Shown: in pieces, positions 29,722 through 39,597 of the stretch
How the letters are laid out: each line of letters begins with the position of its first letter
Position numbering within the stretch: position 1 is the first letter of the stretch
Source of the DNA: Castellaniella sp.
GTDB lineage: Bacteria > Pseudomonadota > Gammaproteobacteria > Burkholderiales > Burkholderiaceae_B
Direction: 5' to 3'
Length of the DNA: 64,000 nucleotides
NCBI RefSeq assembly: GCF_047971665.1
Contig: NZ_JBKEAA010000021.1
Span: 24,213 to 88,212 of the forward strand
Made by a program: the position numbers and the translations under genes
Notes under the pieces: generated by a model
The model's database searches: none
What the model was told of the DNA's origin: nothing
The model's input: only the letters and a program-made list of their open reading frames with translations

Positions 29722-30975
29722 TCAATCCAAAAAAGGAAAGTCGATATCCGGTGTCCGGCCGGACACCAGATCAGCCAGAACCCTGCCCGAACCGGCACCC
29801 ATGGTCCAACCCAGACTGCCATGGCCCGTGTTCAGGTAGAGATTACGTATTCGGGTACGGCCGATGAGGGGGACGTTGGAAGGCGTCGCCGGTCGCAGGC
29901 CGGACCAAAATTGCACGTTAGCAAAATCAAGCGCGCTTGGGAACAGGGCGCGGGCATGCTCGACCAGCTGATTGCACCGGCCAGTATCCAGAACGCGCGC
30001 ATAACCGCCGATCTCGGCGGTCCCCGCCATCCGCAACCGGTCTCCCAGGCGAGAAAAGACGATCTTGGCCTCCTGGTCGATCAGGCTGACCGTGGGCGCC
30101 GCCTCCGGGTCCCTCAGAGAAAACGTGGCCGAATAGCCCTTGGCCGGCCAGACCGGGCAGGACAGGCCCAGCGGCGCAGTCAGTTCCGGCGTGAAACTGC
30201 CCAGCGCCAGCACATAGGCATCCGCCTGCAATGGCCGGAAATAACCATCGGGCTCGATCAGTTCGGCCACGGAAATGCGCCCGTCCACGGGCACCAGCCG
30301 GTTCACCCGGGTGCCATACCGGAAAGTGACACCCGCCGCCTGCGCCCGTTCGGCCAACGCGCGCGTGAACAGATGCACATCGCCGGACTCGTCGTCCGCC
30401 GTGAAATCGCCGCCGACGACCGGTTGGCCGGACGCCGTCAGCGCGGGCTCGATGCGCAGGACCTCGTCGGCATCGACGATGCGCCGGTCCACGCCCAGCG
30501 CGCGCATCTGCTCGGCGCTGGTCCGGGCATGCTCGAACTCGCGCGGATCGCGGTAGAACGCCAGGATGCCGCGTTCCAGATGGTCGTATTCGATCCCCTG
30601 GTCGGCCCGCAGTTCGCGCAGCGTGGCGCGGCTGTATTGCGCCAGCGTCACCATGGCGCGCAGGTTCGCCGCGAAGCGCGGCGCGCGGCATTCATTGAGA
30701 AAACGCGCGCACCACAGCCACTGCCGGGGCTCCAGACGCGGCGAGACGCGCAGCGGCGCATTGGATCGTCCGATCCAGCGCAGCACCTTGCGCAGCGTGT
30801 GCGCGCTGGCCCAGGGCTCGGCATAGCACACGGAAATCTGCCCGCCATTGGCCCGGCTGGTCTCCAGCGCCGCGCCCGGATGTCGCTCGATGACCTCGAC
30901 CTCGTGGCCGGCGCGGGCCAGCCACCAGGCGCTCGATACACCGATGATGCCGGCGCCGAAAACCGCGATTTTCAT
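29722..30975 (-). CDS. dadA: D-amino acid dehydrogenase
   Basis: GAGIIG, ETSRANGGQIS, AKGYS, WSGLRPATP, NTGHGSLGWT. Confidence 0.9.
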   Translation of the reverse strand: MKIAVFGAGIIGVSSAWWLARAGHEVEVIERHPGAALETSRANGGQISVCYAEPWASAHTLRKVLRWIGRSNAPLRVSPRLEPRQWLWCARFLNECRAPRFAANLRAMVTLAQYSRATLRELRADQGIEYDHLERGILAFYRDPREFEHARTSAEQMRALGVDRRIVDADEVLRIEPALTASGQPVVGGDFTADDESGDVHLFTRALAERAQAAGVTFRYGTRVNRLVPVDGRISVAELIEPDGYFRPLQADAYVLALGSFTPELTAPLGLSCPVWPAKGYSATFSLRDPEAAPTVSLIDQEAKIVFSRLGDRLRMAGTAEIGGYARVLDTGRCNQLVEHARALFPSALDFANVQFWSGLRPATPSNVPLIGRTRIRNLYLNTGHGSLGWTMGAGSGRVLADLVSGRTPDIDFPFLD

Positions 30976-32018
30976 GCTTCGACTCCGGCGCGATCCGCAG
31001 CGGACGTAAAGGCGTCCGCATGGAAGGATTCGGGTGACAGCCCGCACTGCCCGACGAAATCTCGGCGCGCCGCCTCGACCATCACCGGCGCGCCACAGGC
31101 ATAGACCTGATGACCGGACAGATCGGGCAGGTCTGCCATGACGGCCCGATGCACCAGGCCCTCACGGCCTGTCCACGCATCCTCCGGCCGGGCCTCGGAC
31201 AGGACGGGCACGAAACGGAAGCCCGGCAGGCGCTCGCGCCATTCCAGCGCCAGGGCCTGCCGGTAGAGGTCGGCGGGGCGCCGCCCGCCCCAGTACAGGG
31301 TCGCCGAACGGGTGTCGCTGCGGGCCAGCATGCCTTCGATCATGGCCTGGATGGGCGCAAACCCCGTGCCACTGGCCAGAAAGACGATGGGCCGCGCGTC
31401 GTCGGGATCCAGGAAAAAGGAACCCAGCGGCCCCTCGATGCGCAGGATCTCGCGCGGTTTGAGCGGCTCCTCGCTGGCGCCGAAGACCCGGCTGGTGAAC
31501 ACGCCGCCCGGCATGTGGCGCACATGCAGACGCACCCGATGATCGTCGGTCTGGCCGCACGCCATGGAATAGCTGCGCCGGCTGCCGTCCTTGAGGATGA
31601 ATTCCAGATACTGTCCCGGCTGGAAACGGAACGCCTCGGCCGAGGGCAGCTGCAACGCGATCTCCATCACATCGGGCGCCAGCCGTTCCAGGGACAGCAC
31701 CCGCACGGGCATCTTGCGCACCACGATATCGTCGGCCATGCGGATCTCCCGGGCCTCGATCACCAGATCAGAGATCGGCCGCGCCTGACAGAACAGGGTA
31801 TGCCCCCGGGCCAGATCGGCGGCATCGAGGATGCGGGCTGGCGCCGGACCGGCATCGTATTCCCCCGAAACCACCCGGCCCTCGCACGTCGAGCAGGTGC
31901 CGTTGCGGCAGCTGTAAGGCAGAACGATGCCGGCCGCCAGCGCGGCATCCAGGACCGTCTGCCCCGGCTCAACCACAAATTCCCGGTTGGCCGGCAGCAC
32001 CGTGACCTTGAAACTCAT
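30972..32018 (-). CDS. 2Fe-2S/FAD/NAD(P)H oxidoreductase (family usually annotated CDP-6-deoxy-3,4-glucoseen reductase)
   Basis: CRNGTCSTC..C ferredoxin domain, RSYS, ASGTGFAP, YACG. Confidence 0.88.
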   Translation of the reverse strand: MSFKVTVLPANREFVVEPGQTVLDAALAAGIVLPYSCRNGTCSTCEGRVVSGEYDAGPAPARILDAADLARGHTLFCQARPISDLVIEAREIRMADDIVVRKMPVRVLSLERLAPDVMEIALQLPSAEAFRFQPGQYLEFILKDGSRRSYSMACGQTDDHRVRLHVRHMPGGVFTSRVFGASEEPLKPREILRIEGPLGSFFLDPDDARPIVFLASGTGFAPIQAMIEGMLARSDTRSATLYWGGRRPADLYRQALALEWRERLPGFRFVPVLSEARPEDAWTGREGLVHRAVMADLPDLSGHQVYACGAPVMVEAARRDFVGQCGLSPESFHADAFTSAADRAGVEA

Positions 32019-32055
32019 GTTGTCGATTCCATCGGCATGTTGCAGGAGCCCTATT

Positions 32056-34374
32056 CTAGTCCGCCGCCTGGCCTCCCGTGGCCGGCCAGAGACTGGGCTG
32101 CTTGATCTTGACATCCAGCAGGCGTCCCTTGCGGGCGCGCCGGCCGGCGTACGGCGCCAATTCCTCGGGACTCAGGATCAGCTCCGTGTCGCGCGCCCGA
32201 TAGACGCCGCGCAGCGCCACGCCCGCCGACCCGACACCGGCCCACTGCTCGATCCGGTCATCATCGTCCAGTCCCATCAGGATGGTGCCTCGGCCGCCGC
32301 TGGCCAGCGTCTTGAGCTCATCGAGCGCCACCACCAGGAATTTTCCCTTGCGACTGAGCAGGGCCACGGCCGTGTCGTCCTGCCGCAACAACAGCGGCTT
32401 GAGCAAGGCATCACCCTTGTCCAGCGTGATGAACTGCTTGCCGGCATTCTGGCGGGTGGACAGATCGCCGATCCGCGTCAGGAAACCATAGCCCGACGCC
32501 ACGCCCAACAACACCCGGCGATCGGGCGCGCCCGCCAGCATGTGGGCGATGCGGCTACCCGGCTCCAGGCCGATCATCGAGGTCACCGGCTGCCCATCGC
32601 CGCGCGCCGATGGCAGGCTGGCGACCGCGATACTGTAGCTGCGGCCGTTATCGGACAGCGCCATCAGTTCCTGCGTGCTGCGGCATTCGATCGCATCGTA
32701 CAGGGCATCGCCGGTCTTGAAGCTGAACTGCGCCGCATCATGGCCATGACCCTGACGGGCGCGCAGCCAGCCCTTCTGGGAAATCACCACCGTGACAGGC
32801 TCATCCACCACCTGCGTCTCGAGGACGGCGCGCTCGGCCGTCTCAATCAGCGTGCGGCGATCGTCGCCATACTGTTTGGCGTCGGCCTCGATCTCGCGGA
32901 TCATCAGGCGCCGGAATGCCGCCGGATCGTCCAGTAATTCCTGCAACGCCACCTGGTCCTCGCGCTTCTGGGCCAGTTCCTGCTCGATGCGGATGCCCTC
33001 CAGCCGGGCCAGCTGGCGCAGGCGCATTTCCAGGATATCGTCGGCCTGGCGCTCGCTGAGGCGGAACCACTCCATGAGCGCCGCCCGGGGCTCCTCGGCC
33101 TCGCGGATGACGCGGACGACCTCGTCCACATTCAGATAGACGATGCTGCGGCCTTCCAGGATGTGGATGCGATCGAGCACCTTGTCCAGCCGATGGCGGG
33201 TGCGCCGCGTGACCGTCTGCGCCCGGAAGGCCAGCCAGGACTCCAGGGTCTGACGCAGGCTGCGCTGACCGGGACGCCCGTCAGTGTCGATGCACACCAG
33301 ATTGACGGAGACATTGCCTTCCAGACCGGTGCGCACCAGCAGCATGTTGACGAATTCGTCACGATCGATCCGGCTGGTCTTGGGTTCGAAGACCAGCCGC
33401 ACGGGGTCCTGCCTGCCGGACTCGTCGCGCACCGAATCGAGCATGCCCAGCACCAGCGCCCGGGTCTGCTGCTGCTCGGCCGACAGGGATTTCTTGCCGG
33501 CGCGCGGCTTGGGATTGGTGAGTTCTTCGATGGTTTCCAGGATCTTCTGGGCCGAGGTGCCGGGCGGCAGCTCGGTGACGACCAATTGCCACTGCCCGCG
33601 CGCCATGTCCTCGAACACCCAGCGGGCGCGCGCCTTCAGGGATCCCCGGCCGCTGGTGTAGATCTGGGCGATATCCTCGACCGGCGTGATGATCTGGCCA
33701 CCACCGGGGAAATCCGGCCCCGGCGCCAGCGCGAACAGGTCCTCGTCGGCCATGGCGGGTTTGCGCAGCAGCGCCACACAGGCGCGCGCGATTTCCCGCA
33801 GATTGTGCGAGGGAATCTCTGTGGCCATGCCCACGGCGATGCCCGACGCGCCGTTGAGCAGCATGATCGGCAGACGAGCCGGCAGGCAGACGGGTTCCTG
33901 CTGGCTGCCGTCGTAGTTGGGCGTGAAATCGACTGTCCCCTCATCCAGCTCGTCGAGCAGCAGTCGGGAAAACGGCGTCAGGCGGGCCTCGGTATAGCGC
34001 ATGGCGGCCGCATTGTCGCCATCCCGGGAGCCAAAATTGCCCTGCCCGTCGATCAGGGGATAACGCAGCGCGAAATCCTGCGCCATGCGCACCATGGCAT
34101 CATAGGCCGCCTGATCGCCATGCGGATGATATTTGCCCAGCACATCGCCCACCACCCGGGCGGATTTGACGGGCCGGGCCTGGGGTCCCAGGCCCATCGC
34201 GTCCATGGCGTACAGAATCCGGCGCTGCACCGGTTTCTGTCCATCGGAGACCTCCGGCAACGCGCGGCCGCGCACCACCGACACGGCATAGTCCAGGTAG
34301 GCCTGCTCGGCATAACGCGCCAGCACCAGGCCGCCATCCTCATTTTCCTGCAATTCAGTCTGATTCAGATCCAT
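32056..34374 (-). CDS. parC: DNA topoisomerase IV subunit A
   Basis: [24 protein letters not shown]; no GyrA box; paired with parE. Confidence 0.96.
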   Translation of the reverse strand: MDLNQTELQENEDGGLVLARYAEQAYLDYAVSVVRGRALPEVSDGQKPVQRRILYAMDAMGLGPQARPVKSARVVGDVLGKYHPHGDQAAYDAMVRMAQDFALRYPLIDGQGNFGSRDGDNAAAMRYTEARLTPFSRLLLDELDEGTVDFTPNYDGSQQEPVCLPARLPIMLLNGASGIAVGMATEIPSHNLREIARACVALLRKPAMADEDLFALAPGPDFPGGGQIITPVEDIAQIYTSGRGSLKARARWVFEDMARGQWQLVVTELPPGTSAQKILETIEELTNPKPRAGKKSLSAEQQQTRALVLGMLDSVRDESGRQDPVRLVFEPKTSRIDRDEFVNMLLVRTGLEGNVSVNLVCIDTDGRPGQRSLRQTLESWLAFRAQTVTRRTRHRLDKVLDRIHILEGRSIVYLNVDEVVRVIREAEEPRAALMEWFRLSERQADDILEMRLRQLARLEGIRIEQELAQKREDQVALQELLDDPAAFRRLMIREIEADAKQYGDDRRTLIETAERAVLETQVVDEPVTVVISQKGWLRARQGHGHDAAQFSFKTGDALYDAIECRSTQELMALSDNGRSYSIAVASLPSARGDGQPVTSMIGLEPGSRIAHMLAGAPDRRVLLGVASGYGFLTRIGDLSTRQNAGKQFITLDKGDALLKPLLLRQDDTAVALLSRKGKFLVVALDELKTLASGGRGTILMGLDDDDRIEQWAGVGSAGVALRGVYRARDTELILSPEELAPYAGRRARKGRLLDVKIKQPSLWPATGGQAAD

Positions 34375-34383
34375 CCCGATTCC

Positions 34384-36345
34384 TCAAACATCCACGTCGG
34401 CCAGATTGCCTTTTTCTTCCAGCCAGCCACGCCGCTGGGCCGCCTCGCCCCGCGCCATCAGCATGTCGAACATGCGCGCCGAGGCCGTCAGCCCCTCGCC
34501 GCCATGACGCACCTGCGCCAGACGGCGGGTATCCGGGTTCAGGGTCGTGTCCCAGAGCTGTTCCGCATTCATTTCGCCCAGACCCTTGAAGCGGCTGATG
34601 CGCCAGCCGCCCTCGCGCAGGCCCTCGCCGCGCAGCTTGTCCAGCACGGCATCCAGTTCTGCCTGATCCAGGCAGTAGAGCTTGCGCGCCGGGCGCTTGC
34701 CGGCCGCCGGCACATCCACGCGGAACAGGGGCGGCCGGGCGATATAGACATGCCCGGCCTCGATGAGGCGCGGAAAATGACGCAGGAACAGGGTCAGCAG
34801 CAGCACCTGGATGTGCGCACCGTCCACATCCGCATCGGACAGGATGCAGATGCGGCCGTAGCGCAGCCCCGACAGGTCGGCCTCCTGGCCGGGACCGTGT
34901 GGATCGACGCCGATGGCCACGGCGATGTCGTGGATTTCCTGATTGCCGAACAAACGGTCACGCTCGACCTCCCAGGCGTTCAGGATCTTGCCGCGCAACG
35001 GCAGGATGGCCTGGAATTCCTTGTCCCGGCCCATCTTGGCGGAACCGCCCGCCGAGTCCCCCTCGACCAGGAAGACCTCGGTGCGGCTCACATCCGTCGA
35101 TTCGCAATCGGTCAGCTTGCCCGGCAGGACGGCCACCCCCGAGCCCTTGCGCTTTTCGACCTTGCGCGCGGCCCGCGACCGGGCCTGGGCCTGGCCGATG
35201 GCCAGTTCGGCGATCTTCTTGCCGTCCTCCACGTTGGCATGCAGCCAGAGTTCCAGCGCATTGCGCAAGAATCCGCCTACCAGGCGCACCGCATCCCGGC
35301 TGTTCAGGCGCTCCTTGATCTGCCCCTGGAACTGCGGGTCCAGGATCTTGGCCGACAGGATGAAGCTGGCGCGGGCAAAGACATCCTCGGGCAGCAGACG
35401 AATGCCCTTGGGCAGCAGATTGTGCAGTTCGGCAAACGATTTGACGGCGTTGAACAGCCCCTCCCGCAACCCCGATTCGTGGGTGCCGCCGGCCGGCGTG
35501 GCGATCAGGTTGACGTAAGACTCTCGCACCACCGGGCCTTCATCGGTCCAGGCGACGACCCATTGCGCGCCCTCGCCCGGCGCATATTGCTCGTCGTCGC
35601 GGTCCGCATACTGACCGCCTTCGAACAGCGGCGCGAGGGTCTGCGCATCGCCCAGGGCCTCGCTCAGATAACCGCGCAGGCCGGATTCGTAGTGCCATTC
35701 ACGCCGCTGGCCGGATTTTTCCAGGGTCAGCGTCACCCGCGTGCCCGGCAGCAGCACGGCCTTGCTGCGCAGGGCGTGCTCCAGCTCTCCCAGCGGCACC
35801 TGCGCCTGATCGAAATAGCGCGCATCGGGCCAGACCCGCACCCGGGTTCCGGAACGTCGCCGCCCGACGCTGCCCACCTGCGCCAGGGCCTCGACCACAT
35901 GGCCGTCGGCAAAGACGATGCGCCACTCTCCGCCATCGCGCCAGACAGTGACCTCGAGCCGCGTGGACAGGGCATTCGTGACCGACACCCCCACCCCGTG
36001 CAGCCCGCCCGAGAAGGCATACGCACCACCGTCGGCCTTGTTGAACTTGCCCCCCGCGTGCAGGCGGGTAAAGACCAGTTCGACCACAGGGGCATGCTCT
36101 TCGGGGTGCTCACCCACAGGAATGCCGCGCCCGTCGTCCTCGATCGTCAGGCTGCCGTCCGTGTGCAGCGTGACCCCGATGTTGCGGGCAAATCCGGCCA
36201 GCGCCTCGTCAGCGGCATTGTCGACGACCTCCTGGATGATGTGCAGCGGATTGTCGGTGCGCGTGTACATGCCGGGGCGCTGACGCACAGGCTCCAGCCC
36301 CTTGAGGACACGGATCGACGATTCATCGTAGCGTACGGTGCTCAA
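34384..36345 (-). CDS. parE: DNA topoisomerase IV subunit B (TTG start)
   Basis: GLEPVRxRPGMY, EVVDNA, GGLHGVG, EGDSAGG, PLRGKILN, DADVDG. Confidence 0.96.
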   Translation of the reverse strand: MSTVRYDESSIRVLKGLEPVRQRPGMYTRTDNPLHIIQEVVDNAADEALAGFARNIGVTLHTDGSLTIEDDGRGIPVGEHPEEHAPVVELVFTRLHAGGKFNKADGGAYAFSGGLHGVGVSVTNALSTRLEVTVWRDGGEWRIVFADGHVVEALAQVGSVGRRRSGTRVRVWPDARYFDQAQVPLGELEHALRSKAVLLPGTRVTLTLEKSGQRREWHYESGLRGYLSEALGDAQTLAPLFEGGQYADRDDEQYAPGEGAQWVVAWTDEGPVVRESYVNLIATPAGGTHESGLREGLFNAVKSFAELHNLLPKGIRLLPEDVFARASFILSAKILDPQFQGQIKERLNSRDAVRLVGGFLRNALELWLHANVEDGKKIAELAIGQAQARSRAARKVEKRKGSGVAVLPGKLTDCESTDVSRTEVFLVEGDSAGGSAKMGRDKEFQAILPLRGKILNAWEVERDRLFGNQEIHDIAVAIGVDPHGPGQEADLSGLRYGRICILSDADVDGAHIQVLLLTLFLRHFPRLIEAGHVYIARPPLFRVDVPAAGKRPARKLYCLDQAELDAVLDKLRGEGLREGGWRISRFKGLGEMNAEQLWDTTLNPDTRRLAQVRHGGEGLTASARMFDMLMARGEAAQRRGWLEEKGNLADVDV

Positions 36346-36476
36346 TTTTTTTATCCATCGGAAAAACGACTATTTTACGGAGATAATGGTATGCTTATCG
36401 ACATTGGTCCGATGCGCCCTTTTCTGCGGGCGGTTTCTTTTCCGGTCCGCCGCCTTCTCTTATCCGCACACACGAC

Positions 36477-36803
36477 ATGAGTGACTCCATCAAGCACGTC
36501 AGCGACGCGTCCTTCCCGGGCGACGTGCTCCAATCCGCCCTGCCCGTCCTGGTCGACTACTGGGCCGAATGGTGTGGCCCCTGCAAAATGGTCGCCCCCC
36601 TGCTCGACGAAGCCGCCGCCCAATACAAGGGCCGCGTCACCATCGTCAAGCTCAACGTCGACGAAAACCCCGATACCGCGGCCCGATACGGCATCCGCGG
36701 CATCCCCACCCTGATGCTGTTCAAGGACGGCAAGGTCGCCACCACCAAGGTCGGCGCCCTGTCCCGCACCCAGCTTCAGGCTTTCCTCGACGACGCGCTC
36801 TGA
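36477..36803 (+). CDS. trxA: Thioredoxin 1
   Basis: WCGPC, GIPTL; upstream of rho. Confidence 0.97.
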   Translation: MSDSIKHVSDASFPGDVLQSALPVLVDYWAEWCGPCKMVAPLLDEAAAQYKGRVTIVKLNVDENPDTAARYGIRGIPTLMLFKDGKVATTKVGALSRTQLQAFLDDAL

Positions 36804-36905
36804 CACATTCCATTCACCCATTCCATTCATCCGTTTTGATTCCGCGCGCGAACCCGGTTCCGGGTTCGCCGAACCTCTCACGACTCTCCCTCTTCCTTCT
36901 TTCCC
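36804..36905 (+). promoter_or_regulatory. rho leader, putative rut-type autoregulatory attenuator
   Basis: C-rich/G-poor tracts, duplicated CATTCCATTCA (36806, 36819), hairpin 36848-36869. Confidence 0.5.
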
Positions 36906-38162
36906 ATGCACCTGAACGAACTCAAAGCGCTGCACGTTTCGCAGCTGCTCGAAATGGCCGCCGGTCTCGAGATCGAAAACGCCAATCGGCTGCGCAAACA
37001 GGAACTGATGTTTGCCATCATGAAACGGCGGGCCAAGCAGGGCGAACAGATCTTCGGCGACGGTGTCCTGGAAGTCCTGCCCGATGGTTTCGGTTTCCTG
37101 CGATCGCCGGAAACGTCCTACCTGGCCAGCACCGATGACATCTATATCTCGCCCTCCCAGATCCGGCGCTTCAACCTGCATACCGGCGACTCCATCGAAG
37201 GCGAGGTCCGCACGCCCAAGGATGGCGAGCGCTATTTCGCCCTGGTAAAAGTCGACAAAGTCAACGGCACGGTCCCGGAAGCCATCAAGCACCGGATCAT
37301 GTTCGAGAACCTGACGCCGCTGCATCCCGACGAACCGATGGTGCTGGAACGCGACATCAAGAGCAAGGAAAACGTCACCGGGCGCATCATGGACATCTTC
37401 GCGCCCATCGGCAAGGGCCAGCGCGCGCTGATCGTCGCCAGTCCCAAATCCGGCAAGACCGTGATGATGCAGCACATCGCCCACGCCATCACCACCAATT
37501 ACCCCGATGCCGTGATGATCGTGCTGCTGGTGGACGAGCGCCCCGAAGAAGTCACCGAAATGCAGCGCACCGTGCGCGGCGAGGTCGTGGCCTCCACTTT
37601 CGACGAACCGGCCACGCGCCACGTCCAGGTCGCCGAGATGGTCATCGAAAAGGCCAAGCGCCTAGTCGAACTGAAAAAGGATGTGGTCATCCTGCTGGAC
37701 TCGATCACCCGTCTGGCGCGCGCCTACAACACCGTCGTGCCCGCTTCGGGCAAGGTGCTGACCGGCGGGGTGGACGCCAACGCCCTGCAGCGCCCCAAGC
37801 GCTTCTTCGGCGCCGCGCGCAACCTCGAAGAAGGCGGCTCCCTGACGATCATCGGCACGGCCCTGATCGAGACCGGCAGCCGCATGGACGAAGTGATCTA
37901 CGAAGAATTCAAGGGCACCGGCAATTCCGAGGTGCACCTGGAGCGCCGTCTGGCCGAGAAACGCATCTATCCGGCCATCAATCTGAACAAATCCGGCACG
38001 CGTCGCGAAGAGCTCCTGATCAAACCAGAACTTCTACAAAAGATCTGGGTCCTGCGTAAGTTCATTCATGACATGGACGACGTGGAGTCAATGGAATTCA
38101 TCCTGGACAAAATCCGCGCAACCAAGAACAACGCCGAATTCTTTGACATGATGAAAAAATAA
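36906..38162 (+). CDS. rho: Transcription termination factor Rho
   Basis: [42 protein letters not shown]. Confidence 0.99.
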   Translation: MHLNELKALHVSQLLEMAAGLEIENANRLRKQELMFAIMKRRAKQGEQIFGDGVLEVLPDGFGFLRSPETSYLASTDDIYISPSQIRRFNLHTGDSIEGEVRTPKDGERYFALVKVDKVNGTVPEAIKHRIMFENLTPLHPDEPMVLERDIKSKENVTGRIMDIFAPIGKGQRALIVASPKSGKTVMMQHIAHAITTNYPDAVMIVLLVDERPEEVTEMQRTVRGEVVASTFDEPATRHVQVAEMVIEKAKRLVELKKDVVILLDSITRLARAYNTVVPASGKVLTGGVDANALQRPKRFFGAARNLEEGGSLTIIGTALIETGSRMDEVIYEEFKGTGNSEVHLERRLAEKRIYPAINLNKSGTRREELLIKPELLQKIWVLRKFIHDMDDVESMEFILDKIRATKNNAEFFDMMKK

Positions 38163-38175
38163 GCGAGCCCATTTG

Positions 38176-39516
38176 ATGACACTTCCTTCCATCGATCAGT
38201 TTCTTGACAGAGTCAAGTCCCGGGATCCGAACCAACCCGAGTTCATGCAGGCGGTCAAAGAAGTCACGCACAGCCTGTGGCCGTTCATCAAGCAGAACCC
38301 GCGCTACGCCAGCCAGGCGTTGCTCGAACGCCTCGTCGAACCCGAACGCGCCCTGCAGTTCCGCATCAGCTGGATGGACGATGCCGGTCAGATCCAGGTC
38401 AACCGGGGATTTCGCATCCAGCACAGTTCGGCCATCGGTCCCTACAAGGGCGGCATGCGGTTCCACCCCTCGGTGAATCTCTCGATCCTCAAGTTCCTGG
38501 CTTTCGAGCAGACTTTCAAGAACGCCCTGACCACCCTGCCCATGGGCGGTGGCAAAGGCGGCTCCGACTTCGACCCCAAGGGCAAGTCCGACGCCGAGGT
38601 CATGCGTTTCTGCCAGGCCCTGATCATGGAACTGCACCGCCACCTGGGACCGGACACGGATGTGCCGGCCGGCGACATCGGGGTGGGCGCGCGTGAGGTC
38701 GGCTTCATGGCCGGCATGATGAAAAAACTCTCCAACCAGAGCGCCTGCATCTTCACCGGCAAGGGCCTGTCCTTCGGCGGCAGCCTGATCCGCCCCGAAG
38801 CCACCGGTTACGGCACCGTGTATTTCGCCGAAGAAATGCTCAAGCACGCCGGCCAGTCTCTCGAGGGCTATTCGATCTCGGTGTCCGGCTCGGGCAACGT
38901 GGCGCAATACACCATCGAAAAATGCCTGCAACTGGGCGCCAAGGTCGTCACGGTCTCGGACTCCCATGGTTGCGTGGTGGACCCGGCGGGCTTCACACCG
39001 GAAAAACTGGCGGCCCTGATCGAGATCAAGAACGAAAAGCGCGGTCGCGTCGAGGAATACGCCAGGCAATTCGGCCTGACCTACGAGATCGGCAAGCGCC
39101 CCTGGCATGTCCCCGTGGACGTGGCCCTGCCCTGCGCGACGCAGAACGAACTCGAAATCGAGGACGCCCGCACCCTGATCGCCAATGGCGTGCGCTGCGT
39201 CGCCGAAGGCGCCAACATGCCCTCCAGCATCGAGGCGGCCGAGGCCTTCATCGAGGCCGGCGTGCTGTATGCGCCCGGCAAGGCCAGCAATGCCGGCGGC
39301 GTGGCCGTCTCCGGCCTGGAAATGAGCCAGAACGCCCAGCGCCTGAACTGGACCCGCGAAGAAGTCGATGCCAAGCTGCACGCCATCATGCGCGACATCC
39401 ACGAAAACTGCGTGCGCCATGGCACGACAGGCAAGACCGTCAACTATCTGAACGGGGCCAACATCGCCGGCTTCGTCAAAGTGGCCGACGCCATGCTGGC
39501 CCAAGGGGTGTACTGA
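38176..39516 (+). CDS. gdhA: NADP-specific glutamate dehydrogenase
   Basis: GPYKGG, GGGKGG, DVPAGDIGVG, RPEATGYG, SGSGNV, EGANMP. Confidence 0.97.
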   Translation: MTLPSIDQFLDRVKSRDPNQPEFMQAVKEVTHSLWPFIKQNPRYASQALLERLVEPERALQFRISWMDDAGQIQVNRGFRIQHSSAIGPYKGGMRFHPSVNLSILKFLAFEQTFKNALTTLPMGGGKGGSDFDPKGKSDAEVMRFCQALIMELHRHLGPDTDVPAGDIGVGAREVGFMAGMMKKLSNQSACIFTGKGLSFGGSLIRPEATGYGTVYFAEEMLKHAGQSLEGYSISVSGSGNVAQYTIEKCLQLGAKVVTVSDSHGCVVDPAGFTPEKLAALIEIKNEKRGRVEEYARQFGLTYEIGKRPWHVPVDVALPCATQNELEIEDARTLIANGVRCVAEGANMPSSIEAAEAFIEAGVLYAPGKASNAGGVAVSGLEMSQNAQRLNWTREEVDAKLHAIMRDIHENCVRHGTTGKTVNYLNGANIAGFVKVADAMLAQGVY

Positions 39517-39539
39517 GACGGGCCGCACCGCCACCGCCT

Positions 39540-39569
39540 CGAAAAAAGCGCCTGCGGGCGCTTTTTTCG
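39540..39569. terminator. Bidirectional intrinsic terminator between gdhA and yhdP
   Basis: AAAAAAGCGCC-TGCG-GGCGCTTTTTT. Confidence 0.9.
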
Positions 39570-39597
39570 TCAGGGACGGAGGATTCTCGGCGTCGCC

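Noticed and set aside
30972..32018. O-antigen dideoxysugar biosynthesis (ascD/rfbI) locus
   Set aside because: No other sugar-nucleotide genes nearby; this is the generic betaproteobacterial 2Fe-2S flavin reductase
33163..36480. 1105-aa plus-strand ORF, and similar long ORFs at 4129-6390, 8837-11296, 28348-31104, 39739-43194, 43265-45730 and 50029-52362
   Set aside because: Antisense shadows of well-recognised genes in high-GC DNA; no motifs of their own
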